Source: Nymphaea colorata (taxonomy: Eukaryota). From it: 64,000 nt of DNA. The translations under genes and the position numbers were made by a program. Positions 1 to 12,200 of the stretch are shown in pieces; positions within the stretch are counted from its first letter, which is position 1; each line of letters opens with the position of its first letter. The notes beneath the pieces were generated by a model. The model saw nothing but the letters and a program-made list of their open reading frames with translations, did not search any database and was not told the origin of the DNA. Location: contig NC_045138.2 of the NCBI RefSeq assembly GCF_008831285.2, positions 23,436,001 through 23,500,000 on the forward strand. The letters are read 5' to 3'.

Positions 1-880
1 ATGCCAATCACTAAAGGATGATAGGTCATATTTGGAACATAAGAAAAGAGTGAGGGAGGAATGCTCAGTTGTCAGACGCCACCACCAAGAACATAAAAAG
101 GACTCACACACCCGACTAAGGTTGATAATTCCAACACCTCCAAGATGACGCAGAATGACAACTATGTCATAGCATACAAGGCAATCTGAAGGTCGATCAC
201 CATCTCAAAGAAAGCTACGAATGATCTTATCAAACATTCTCAAGACAACCACAAGAGGTCAAAAGAATGCAAGAGCATGGAAGTGGACAGACGCAAGACA
301 ATGCTTAACAAAAGTAATATGATTTGCAAAGGAAAACAGCTTTCTCTGCCAACATTAGAGGCGATCCACAAGTTTCTGTCCACTCTATCCTAAAAGGAGA
401 GTGCAGAAGGTGACAACGTAATATGAAGACCTAAGTAGTCCATGAGCAGATCAACAGCTGTACACCGAAAGTAAGTTTCTGCTAGAAGTATCATGGTCGG
501 ATCCATGTGAATGAAAGAAATGTGACATTTAAAAGAATTAATAAAAATACTTGAAATAAGCTCAAAAACTTAAAGGATGACCAAATTTTCACAATATATT
601 GACGAAAAGCCGTATCAAATATGAAAAGGTTGTTAGCACATTGAAGGGTAGAGAAGGTATATAAGTGGGGAAGTAAATATGGTGTGAGGAAGCTAATAAC
701 TGGAGCGTGATGAAATAATATAGAAAAACACTCGACAATTAAGTTGAAAAGCAATAATGATAATAAATAATCTTGACGAAGGTGGCGACTGAGACAAAAA
801 AAAATTGACCACACATTTCCCCGTTCTTCGTTAAAGGACACAGCAAGCTGGTCTCCAGCGAAAGAATCCACTTTCAAAAT
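1..880 (-). mobile_element. Degenerate LINE (L1-type) ORF2 fragment: RT domain and post-RT region
   Basis: Minus-strand translations give SRHLRQDYLLSLLLFNLIVECFS (cf. RGLRQGDPLSPLLFN), GKLFSFANHITFVKHCL (cf. W..K.LS.GGR..LIKSVL) and KIIRSFL*DG...YDIVVILRHLGGVGIINL (cf. RNFLW.G...W..VC.PK..GGLGI.NL). Stops and frameshifts are present. Confidence 0.7.
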
Positions 881-1024
881 GATGGACCAAACCAGAAAGA
901 GAAAAAGAGAGGGAGAGAGAGACTATGAAAAGATGACTTTAAATACATCAAGTTCAATCATGGTTCAATACTCGTTTCGTTTCAGGTCAGTTCGGCCCAG
1001 CGTGATTTTCTAATAGCGTTTGCC

Positions 1025-1032
1025 TGACGTCA
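1025..1032. promoter_or_regulatory. Palindromic C-box TGACGTCA (candidate bZIP site) about 430 bp upstream of the ZTP29-like ATG
   Basis: The exact octamer is present. Function is inferred only from its position. Confidence 0.25.
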
Positions 1033-1457
1033 AATAACCTGTCCAAACCCGAGTCGATGCCCATCCTTACTTGTGGGAAGAAGCCCACGCCCATCCGGGG
1101 CACGGGTGCAAGCAGCTCGTTACGGATAAAAAGTTAAAAAACAAGGGAACCGAAGCGCAGAGGCCAAGCGTAACGTCCTTTTCTTGGCTGCAGTGGCACT
1201 CCCCACTGATGCACTCAATTCTTTCGTTCCTCACGACTTCGATTTTTTGGTCAGCTTTTCCAATTTTCTTCAACGATCGATTGAGGTTCGCGTTAAAAAT
1301 ACCCGTAAACCCATTTGTAAACGCCCTTTTCCTCCGCTCATTTTTCCGAAGCCTCTCCCGAATCCCTCCCACCCACAGCCTCATTTCTCGTTTTCCCTTG
1401 CTTTGCTTGAGGTTTATAACGCTTTCTCTGTTGGGTTGTCTTCCAGAAGTGATCCAA

Positions 1458-3204
1458 ATGGACTCCACGGTCATGGTGGCACTCTTTCTTTCCCTTGCTG
1501 GTGGACTCAGTACGTGTATAGGTATGTCTTTGACTCTTTATTGTGCTTCCTTCACTTTCGGGTCGACGTTTTCTTTTTTGTTTTCTGTCTGCCTATTCAG
1601 TGGGAATTGTGGACACTGTTGACACATTTGATAATTCACAACCACTGACTACCTGCGCCTTGTTTAGAATTCACAGATGGTTTGGTTTGTATCAATTATG
1701 GTGGGCGAGCAGCGAGTTCATAGAGAAAATTCAGTATAATCTTTTTAGCTCTGAATAAGCGCCTGTTTCTGAAAACCATAGAATAGAATCACTATCATGT
1801 ACTTTTACTGCAAGTCTGGAAACTATCAGTAATTTCGGATTGGCAATTCGCGACAAGGTTGCTGGGCGGGTGAGGATATCACAAATCGTCGAACTGGCTA
1901 CTTGGATATAACGGTGATTCTTTGGGAGCTGGAAGTACTTATTCAGTGTGCCTGTAAGATTGCCGAATTAGTTGGACAACACCTTAAGCCTGGAAATGAT
2001 TCTTTTTAGTTTGCTTATTTTTTCTTTCCTTAAGATGTGCCTCTCAATAAAATGCATCCATCGCGTTTAAGTTACGGTTTGATAACGGTGACGTGTAATT
2101 TACCTTGATTACAATCAGGAACAAACATTATGATTAGGTGCTAGAAACAGTCGCACGCTAATTGCGCCAGTCATGTCTTTGTATGTAACAGGGCCAGAAG
2201 ACTCTTTTAACGAAACAGCCTCTTTTTTTGCAGGGAGGACAATGTTTGGCTTCCTCACGCTGCAATTAAGCCTGATTGTCTTTCTTCTGAATGGTTGACT
2301 AACTTCATTTCTACTTCATTATCATTTTTGACTAATGAATGTGTCAGGTCAAGAATACTACTTTATATGTAGGCCTATCTACCTTGACCCTTAATGTATG
2401 TCTCCAAATGCTCCCCAAAACAGTGCGGTTGCTCTCATCTAGATTGAAGGCATAGATGAAGTTGGTATTGGAGGTTAATTGCATGAAATTAACCATTAAA
2501 GGAAGCTCTTGAGAACTTGAACAATAGGGGGATCCAACTAGAGCTTCCTCAACAGGCACTTACTTTGAGCTGTAATACCATGTAAAAGTTCTCATATTAC
2601 GGCATGAATAACTAGCCAAAGAAGAAAAAGAAGATGAAACTCAAGAACGTGACAAAGCGAAAATCTCATAGTGTGCACTATGGCACAACAGAAAAGATAA
2701 GAAATATATGATGGGTTATCGTCCAATGCTCAGGAAAACATTGGGACAATAAGAGGGTCTGTTCTCTATATACAGAATCCGCAAGGGTGAGGTAACCATT
2801 TGCTGGCTCCTGCTTTAGGGACTAGCTAACTGCTAGTCAACCTTGGTCAAGGTCTAACTTTGACCAAACTAAAAGCAGAAAAATGAAAGAAAACTACAAA
2901 AAGGAAAATACGAAAAAAAAAATACATAATTACCTATATACATAATATGTTTGTATAGGTAAGAAAATGCATATATGTACTCCTGGTATATACATGTATA
3001 AGATTATCATATATATACATAGAAGCAAGAAGAGAAGGGTTTGCGGTTGGGCTGCATGATTTTCTTCCAATAAGAAATTTGACTTAGACATCTGATTTTG
3101 GTAGTTTCTTTTTTGTTGAATCTTAATTTTTTATATTTTGTATCAATTTGTATGTTCGGACCTTTAGAAAATGAGAAGAAAAACATTGGATGCTTGGACA
3201 GAAA

Positions 3205-3250
<46 letters not shown>

Positions 3251-6200
3251 TACACACACACTCTCACACACACAGTTGTGTGGTAGCATCGGCTACCCTA
3301 ATTACTAAATAAGCAGTAAAAACAGAACACACAGTAAAAACAGAACACACACACGCACCCATATAACCCTCCTTATGCCAGGGTTACCAAAACCATGGCT
3401 AGTCGGCTACCCTAATTACTCAGTAACCAGTAAAGAAGGGATATAGTTGTACACACCCAAATAATCCTACTTAAGCTAGGATTACCAAAACCACTTCTAT
3501 TGCGTTCATTTTCATAATTGGATTCACCAGAACTCAGGATATTTATATGGTGAATAACAGATTTGGGTCTGATTTTTCGACCCAAGACCCACTTATTACC
3601 TCCTATCCTAACTTGTATTTACAAAAAGGGACCCAATGCTTCCAGTGTCTACCATTGTGTATGCAACTATGCATATTAATGTTAACTATGTGCTTTATAA
3701 GCACCAATACAGTTTTAAGCTAATCATTAACTGCTGTACTGCTTAATTCAAAAATTTAAACTTTCAGTTTGGTAAGTCTAAAGTCTATAGACTTGTTAAA
3801 ACTTCATAATGCATTTTTTCTTGTATTTTTTTTTCGGTTCCCATGAAATATCACAAGATATTGGAAGATATCATCAGAAATATGTTGGTGAGACTTGAGA
3901 GCATGTGAAGCCTGCAATCAACAACTTTGTTCATATAATATAAAAGCATATGGCACAAGCATTGGTTTCAAAATTCTCTAATTTTAAAAGGTTTATTGAG
4001 ATAGTGTGGTCTAGAGTTTGATCGGATCTCAGATTCGGATCGAGTTAAGCTTTGGATTTGCTTCTATTTGGGCACTGATGTTATTTTCGGTTTGGTTCCT
4101 TTTGCTTAGTGGACCTGAGATTCAATTCGGATCTGGGGTTTAGGCCTCTCAAAAAGGTTCCTTTCATTTTTTTTAGAGCTAATTGATGATAAAAAAACCC
4201 TAATTTCCTTCTGTTATTGAATTCCCTCTCTTTTCCATGCTTTTCCTTTCATTTTTGTCTTCTGGTGCTTTTCTGCGGGGATTAGATTGAGGAACTCTAT
4301 TCACTCTGTCAATAGAGTTCATTCTTTGAGTGGTGAATTCACAGATGGTGCTCCTGGTCAGTGTCTAGACCTCCCCTGCCATAGCACTTGGTGTATTAAA
4401 TGCTCACCTTCAAAGGTCCCAAAGGCTATACATTTTATTGTTAAAATGATAGTTCTAGAAGTGGTTGAATATGCATTACATCATCTTATCAATAGAAGTT
4501 CCTAAAAGTAATGCAAGTTCATGAGCGCTTATCTCCAATATTGAGTCTGTGTTATCTTGCTTTATTCACATTTATAGCTATTTGCAAGAAATGGATCAGT
4601 TTGCATTTCTATAATTTCAAGCTTTATTGTTTACTTGTCCTTCCTACTTTATTCATGTTTACAGTAATCCTTGCTAAATAGATATTTAGTAACTTAATCC
4701 AAATGTTTGCTTCTGAAACAGGGGCTCTTTTCGTTATCTTAACTCGCACTCCCAATCTGAAGATTCTAGGCCTTCTGCAGGTCTCCTTTGTCATTATTAA
4801 TGTATTTTTTTATCTCCTGCACTGTGAAACACTATTCATAACAACAAAACTGTCAAGTTTCTTTATCCAGGGGTTTGCTGCTGGCCTGATGCTGAGCATT
4901 TCTTTCTTAGACTTAGCACATAATGCCATAAATGCAGTTGGTTTCTTGAAAGGAAACCTTTGGGTGAGCTACTACCTTTCTGAACTAATTTATTTGATCA
5001 GATGATTCCATGGCAGTTTTGTTCCTCAGCTCATATCTACCAGAACTTTCGCTGTGGCAGTTATATTTTCAAGCAATTACTCTTAACATGTTGCCGCACT
5101 TCACCTTTTATATATTGGCAGTTGATTGAGTTGCATCTGTGTAGTTCTTTTCAGGTGTATTATTATTTGCTCTTCTTGTCAAGTTCATCCCAGAACCAAC
5201 ACTTACACCGAGCAACAGAGATGTAAAATGCAAAAAGGTTTCATCTATAGAGACCATGACTTGACAATGGAATTCCTGTGGTAAAGGCTTTTCTGATGTC
5301 TGTGCATTTGCAATAGAAAGATGATGGAGATGAGAGGGACCTAGTGAAGGAGCAAAAACGCCAAGTACTTTTTAGTGGGATCATCACAACAATTGGTATG
5401 ATGCTTGTTTATATTTCTTCATGAGAGTAGTGTCTACCTTATTTAAATATCTAAGAGTAAGCTGAGCTGATTTTTTTTTCCAAAATAATGCATCTGGTGC
5501 TGTCATTTCTCCTTCGGTTTTATCCTCGTGGGTAAGATGTTTTATGTGAAGTTACAGTCTAAAGGGAAATTAAATAGGCATCGGTTAAAAAGTGCTTCCT
5601 TTATAGATAAGGGCATGTCTTGTATTTTCCTAAATGATTAGGATTTTTATTTCCATATTTTGCACCTGAAATTAGTAATCGATGATTTTCTGTTCAAGCA
5701 CTGCAATGCAGCTGGTGTAGCGGTCCTTTTTTCCCTGTAAATCACCATAATTCATTTTATTATATTGCTTTGAATTTGAGGAGGTTATCTAGTACAACTC
5801 AATCCTTATGCTTTCAGTTATTGTTTTTGTTCATTATGATACCTGTAATTTGGAGAAGCCTCTGATTCTTGAATTTTCTTTGCATTACAATTTGCAGGCA
5901 TAAGCTTGCACAATTTTCCTGAGGGGATGGCAGTTTTCCTTGGATCAATTAAGGTGCAATGCTCATCTTTCAGAAGGGATTTCAATTTATAAGCTTTACC
6001 AAAGCAAAGATAACAAGTGCTCATAGTTTTGAAATTACTTGATGTTATCGCCTGAATGGTGTTTGTAGAAACAAAATATGCACGAGAGTAGACGCAGTAC
6101 CCTGAAGTAGATCTTCTAGTGTCAACACAGCCTCTTCTGGTGACAATTCTGATACTCGAGCGGGAACACACATCTTGTCTCTTGCTTCTCCAAACAACTA

Positions 6201-9200
6201 AATTTCCCCCCAAGTAGACGCAGTACCCTGAAGTAGATCTTTTGGTGTCAACACAGCCTGCCCAGCCTGCCCAGTCTGCATCAGAATACCCTTCAACTTC
6301 AATAGATCTTTGTTGCACATATAGAAGTCCATTCTCGGGATTCTTCTTCAAGTAGCACAGAATTCTATCTACAGCCTTCAAGTGCATATCTGCAGGTGCA
6401 TGCATGAACTGGCTCATCACTTTTACAGCAAATGTGATATCAGGTCTAGTCAGAGTGAGATAAATCAGTTTGCCAACTAGACGTTGATATCTCCCTTTAG
6501 CTTCTTCACACAACAGTTCTCCATCTTTGCTACCAAGTTTATGCCCAGCATCTATAAGAGTAGAGAGGCTGGTCTGCACCTCAGTTTTCCTGTCTCTTTC
6601 AGTAGATCCAGGATATACTTCCTTTGACTAAGTACAAGAGTTGTACCTGATCTAGCAATTTCAATACCAAAGAAATACTTCAGCTTACCAAGATCTTTTA
6701 GATCAAATTCAGTAGATAGTAAACCCTTTAATCTTGCTATCTCTTCCTTATCATCACCTGTAACAATCATATCATCAACATAAACCAATAGTAGAGTAAC
6801 TTTACTCTCTCTTCTCTTTACAAACAGGGTATGATCTCCATTTCCTTGTTTGTAGCCATGTTTCTTCATAACAAGTCTGAGCCGTTCAAAGTTCAAACCA
6901 TGCTCGGGGAGACTGTTTCAGCCCATACAAAGCTTTCTTCAATTTACAGCATTTTCCAGGTTTCTCAAAACCTGGTGGCATGCACATGTACACCTCCTCT
7001 TCGAGATCTCCATTGAGAAAGGCGTTTTTCACATTAAGTTGGCACATCTCCCAACCCTTCAGCGCCGCCAATGAAATAACAACTCTAACAGTCTTCATCT
7101 TTGCAACTGGAGCAAACGTCTCTAAGTAGTCGATCCCATATTTATGACTGAACCCCTTGGCCACCAATCGTGCTTTGTACCTCTCAATGTTCCCATCTGG
7201 TTTGTACTTAACAGTGTAGACCCACTTCGACCCAACCAAGTGGGCTACTTCAGGAATATCAACCACCTCCCATGTCTGATTTCTGTCTAAAGCTTCTATT
7301 TCTTCTTTCATTGCATGAGACCACTTAGTGTCACCCTGAGCCTCTGTAGCATTCCTGGGAATCACAACCACAGCCAAGGAGGATACAAAACATTTATAGT
7401 CAGTGCTCAATCTAGAATAAGATACGAAGTTACCAATAGGGTGCTGGGTACATGACCTGACACCCTTTCTCAAGGCAATGGGAAGATCCTCCTTTTCTTT
7501 TCCAGTCTGAATTTTTCTTCCAACATCTTGCTTCTGAACACAACTTGGATCATCCAAGGAAGAAGTAGGATTGGGATTCGTTGTAACCTCCTCATCATTA
7601 ATCACCTTGTCAGTACAAGCTCTTCTCCTGGAATACACCTGTCCAAACATACGATTACCCTCTTGTTCTGTCACCATAGGATGCTCTCCCTCCTTCTCCA
7701 GTTCATGTACATCAGTAGTCGTCCCCTCTTCATCTTTGCCAAGCACCTTGGCAACAGGATTCTCTTCACGCCTGTAATTAGTTTGTAAACTGAATTTCCT
7801 GTGTGGGAGAATACTCTTCCTTAGACATTAACTTCTCCCCCTGAAGAGAATTCTCACCAAAATAGGAGACATGTTCCAAGAATGTGACATCTTTGGTAAT
7901 GTGAAGGCGACCAGTGGTGGGATCTAGACATTTATAACCTTTTTGAGTGGAAGAATACCCAAGAAAGATGCCCTTAATAGATTTGGGATCAAGTTTTTTC
8001 ACATTTGGGTGTGGTTATGTATGAAACACACACATCCAAAGACTCGAGGAGGAAGGTGAAAAGGTTGACTACTCGCTGGAAGCATAGAGTAGGGAGTACG
8101 ACCCTTTAGCACACGACTAGACATGCGATTAATCAAGTAGACACTAGTAAGGATTGCATCTCCCCAATAGTATTTTGGGAGATTTCTTTGGAACAATATG
8201 GCTCGGGTGACATTGAGCAACTGACGATTTTTCTTCTCAGCAACCCCATTTTGAGGGGGGGTATAACTACAAGAAGTCTCATGAACAATCCCCCTCTTTC
8301 GAAAGAATTCTTCAACAGTGAGACACATATATTCACGAGCATTATCAAACCGAAACGTCTTGACAGGTTTTCCACTAGGAGGATGAAAGTTTTAATAATG
8401 TGAGGCACCTCACTACGATCTTTCAACAAATACACAAAGGTACACCTTGAATAATCATCTATAAAAGTTATAAAGTATTGAAAACCACCACGAGAATGAA
8501 TGCCTGAAGGCCCCCACACATCAGAATGAACCAAGGAGAAAGCTTTATTAGAACGACTATTTGAAATTGGATAAGAAGCTCTAACATGCTTCGCTAACTG
8601 ACACACATCACATGATAACATGGAAATGTTTAAACTAGAACATAGTTCAAGGAACAAATGTTTCAAAATCCCAAATGGGAAATGACCAAGGCGTTCATGC
8701 CAAAACAAAAATAACTGACGACACTCTTCCTCCTTCTTCTCTGTCCTGCTGACTGTTGACATAAGAGCTGTGACAACGCGTATAGGAAGCCGATACAGCC
8801 CATCAGACACCAAACCAATCCCAATCCTCTTCCCTGTCACCAAGTCCTGCAAAACACAACGTTTTTCAGAAAATATAAGTTCACACTTCAGTTCCTTGGT
8901 AATCTTACTAACAGATAACAAATTTAAGGGAAGATGGGGAACATGCAAGGCATCATGAACTAAAAAATTATTTAACAAGGAAAGACTCCCTTTCCCTGCC
9001 ACAGAAGTAAAGGAACCATCGGCAAGGGACACACGTTCCTTTCCTGAGGATAGCTTGTAGTCATGGAAAAGCTTGGGGTTGCCAGTCATGTGATGAGTGG
9101 CACCGCTGTCAACAATCCATTCACCCATATAAGAAGTACCTTCTCCCCCTGAAACAGCCAATGCCTGATTGATCTTCACCTCATCTGGTGTATCTGCTTG

Positions 9201-12200
9201 ACCAACATCAATCTTGCTCAAATATGCTCGTAGCTCACGAATCTGTTTTGCAGAAATAGAACCTTTCCCATCACTCAGACTTGTTGCAGACAATACAGGC
9301 TTCTTCCCACTAGAAGACCTCCCCCTACTATCCTTCTTCTCTGGATACAGGTCCCAACAAAAATCCTTAGTATGACCAAGTTTTTTGCAATGTGTACATT
9401 TTTGGGAAGAACGAGGAGTTCCCACAAGGGCACGGCTAACATAGGCAGATTGTTCTTCCCCCTTTCGTCCACTAGAAAGCAGCCTTCTCTGTTCTTCAGC
9501 TTCAACTCGGGAATAGACATCTTCAATACTAAATGATTCGTCAGAGTTAAGAATCCGACTCCTTATATTTTCAAAGTCATCATTCAGTCCGGATAAGAAA
9601 AGGAATACCCTGTTCTCCCATTTATCAGTCATATACTGCATCTGGTCGTGAGGACACCTCCATGTAATATCAGAATGATAGTCAAGGTCCTCCCACTTAG
9701 ATTTTAATGCTGCATAAAAGTCTGCAACCGAGAGAGCACCTTGTCGCAGGGAATACACATCCTTCATAAGTTGATACACACGAACTTTCCTTTTCTTTTG
9801 ACCATACATCTGCTCCAAAATAATCCACATATCCCTTGCAGTCTTCTTACGAAGAATGAGGGGTTGGATATCCGGGGACACTGAATTAACAATCCAGGTT
9901 TTTACGTGGTTGTCTTCAAGAAACCATGTATCCCAAGCCAGACTATCTGCAGCAGGTTTAACCTTTCTCCCATTCACATAGGCAATGCGTCCTCGCCCAG
10001 CAATCCCCATAGTAATCGCAGCAGACCATCGTGAATAGTTCTCCTTGGTAAGTTGAATGGTAGTAACTTGAACCGGTACATGATCAGTCCGCGCAGACAC
10101 AACATCGGGTAGATTAGTATTGACTGAAGAAGAAGACGAGTCAGCCATGATCACAAGTTAGAAGTGGCTGCCAAAGAACACACACAGCAGCAGTAACCTA
10201 GAGAAGAGGGGAGATGACGCAGTCGGGGGTCAACGGCGAAAGCGGCGGGAGCAGCGGACTGCGCTCGGCGGAAGCAGAGGGCGGCGCTTGGCAGCACGCG
10301 CCGAGAACAGGCGACGGTGTCGGACGTCGGCGTCGGTGGTCGGACGTCGGCAGAGGCGTCGGTGGCGGAGTCGGCGTCGGCAGAGGCGTCAACAGAGACG
10401 TTGGCGTTGGACGTCGGCAGTCACGACACCGGCGACGCAGCAGTGGCGGTCACGACCACGGTGGGGCAGCGACGGAGGCAATGTCACGGCGCGGAGACAG
10501 CGGCAGTGCAGCAACGGCAGCGGCGGCAGTCAGGGTTGGAACTTCACAACCCTAGAAAAACAGATTTTGTTTTCTCCAAGTCCGATGGCTCTGATACCAT
10601 GTAGAAACAAAATATGCACGAGAGTAGAAGAAAGCACATAGATGTAACGTGGAAAACCCTCAACGCGAGGGAAGAAAAACCACGGGTGAGGAGGTCTGGT
10701 GCCCACTAGCCTCCAGACACTCTCTCTTCAAAACTTCATTAACTCTAAGATTAGGGTTTACAGAGATATAAGTAGTCCTAATTAGGACAAACCGGATCGG
10801 GTAAGGATCCGGACCCGGACAACAAAACCCGTCAACAGTGTTCATTCTGATAAAGTTGTATTACTGATGCTTGCAGTTTTTTATAGAGAGAGATTTGTCC
10901 CAACTGCTCGAGCATCTATATAGAAAAGTATCAATCTTGGGTTTGAAATGTTTGTGCACTGACATTATATATGTGCAGAGGTGGGTGCAGACTAATCTAG
11001 TAAAAATCTATTTCTTTAAAACTCTCAGTTGATGAATTAAATTGTAGTAATAGGCTAATAGCTGAATAACTATGGGTTGCATTCATAGAGTTCTTTTTAC
11101 AACAGCAGCTTAGGTAGTACATCTCCAGGACATAGCAAGACTTGCCGAGTTTTCATTCTTAGTTTTCACCTATTAGATTTGAAAGTATCTAATGTGAATT
11201 ACATGTGATGAACTATGACTGGCTGTATGATACTTAGATAGAGAGGAAGACTTAAAGTGCATACAGACTGCAAACTTGGTTTGTGCCAGCCACACTGAAA
11301 AGAGTGACATGTCACCTGATGTTCAGTCTGTGCCACTGGAATGTCTTTATTTAGGCCTCCAAAGTGTATCTCTATGGTACCATGATGTTATAACTAAAAA
11401 TATGCATATATTTTTCTTTTTCAGTTCAATATTTTGATTACTGTGAGCCAATTGTCCTTGGCTAGCATTTATCTATTTGTAAATCAACTGATCCTACTTA
11501 AAGTGTGATTGAAAAACGTGTTCTTCAAGAAGGAATTCAAGAAATGTTTGGGAAGCAACACAGAAGGCTTGAAAATAGCAAAATAGACAACTACCTTCTA
11601 GAGAATAAGAAGTTCACTAAAGCATTTACAAGAAGAAGTAAAAGATGCACCAATGCATGGATGAACTGAGAGCTTGATCTTCTCACTAGTAAGGCTGGCA
11701 AAAGTGGGCCAGCATACCGTTTTCCTTCTTCCTTCAGTTATTCTTACTTGGAATTGGTGCTAAACCATGATTGTAATCTAAAGCAAAGTCAAACAAAGAG
11801 GCTTCTACCATATTTATATAGAGAATGGTCAGCAAAGTAACAGCATGATGATCTAAAGAGACAGTTCAAGAGATTTCTGATAATTAATACTTCTTTGGCA
11901 CCAACTTCTTTTGGAGTTACTTTTGTGGACCTTTTATTTCTCTGTTGCTTCTTGTTCCTGAAGTATTCTTCTACTGCAGGGACTTCGTGTTGGCATTAAC
12001 TTGGCACTGGCTATTGCTTTGCACAATGTTCCTGAGGTAATTTTCCATACTGTTATAACATTTAATAATTTACAGCTACCTGCACATGGACTGCAATATG
12101 CTGTTAGGGCTCTTAGTACTCTTAGTACTTTTAGATTGTGATATCCAACTTTGTTTTGACTGATTCTCATAGTAACAAATAATCATTGCAAAAAAATGTT

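Noticed and set aside
1067..1648. Overlapping 135-183 aa ORFs around the ZTP29 start
   Set aside because: Only 1458-1521 is a real exon. The rest is promoter, UTR or intron read-through with non-ATG starts and no recognisable domain.
5818..6100. Copia RNaseH ORF extending antisense across ZTP29 exon 6 (apparent chimeric gene)
   Set aside because: It is incidental read-through after the element's 3' deletion. The upstream pol is frameshifted and the extension has no protein features.
10198..10641. Several Arg/Gly/Pro-rich ORFs
   Set aside because: Artefacts of the GC-rich repetitive Copia leader.
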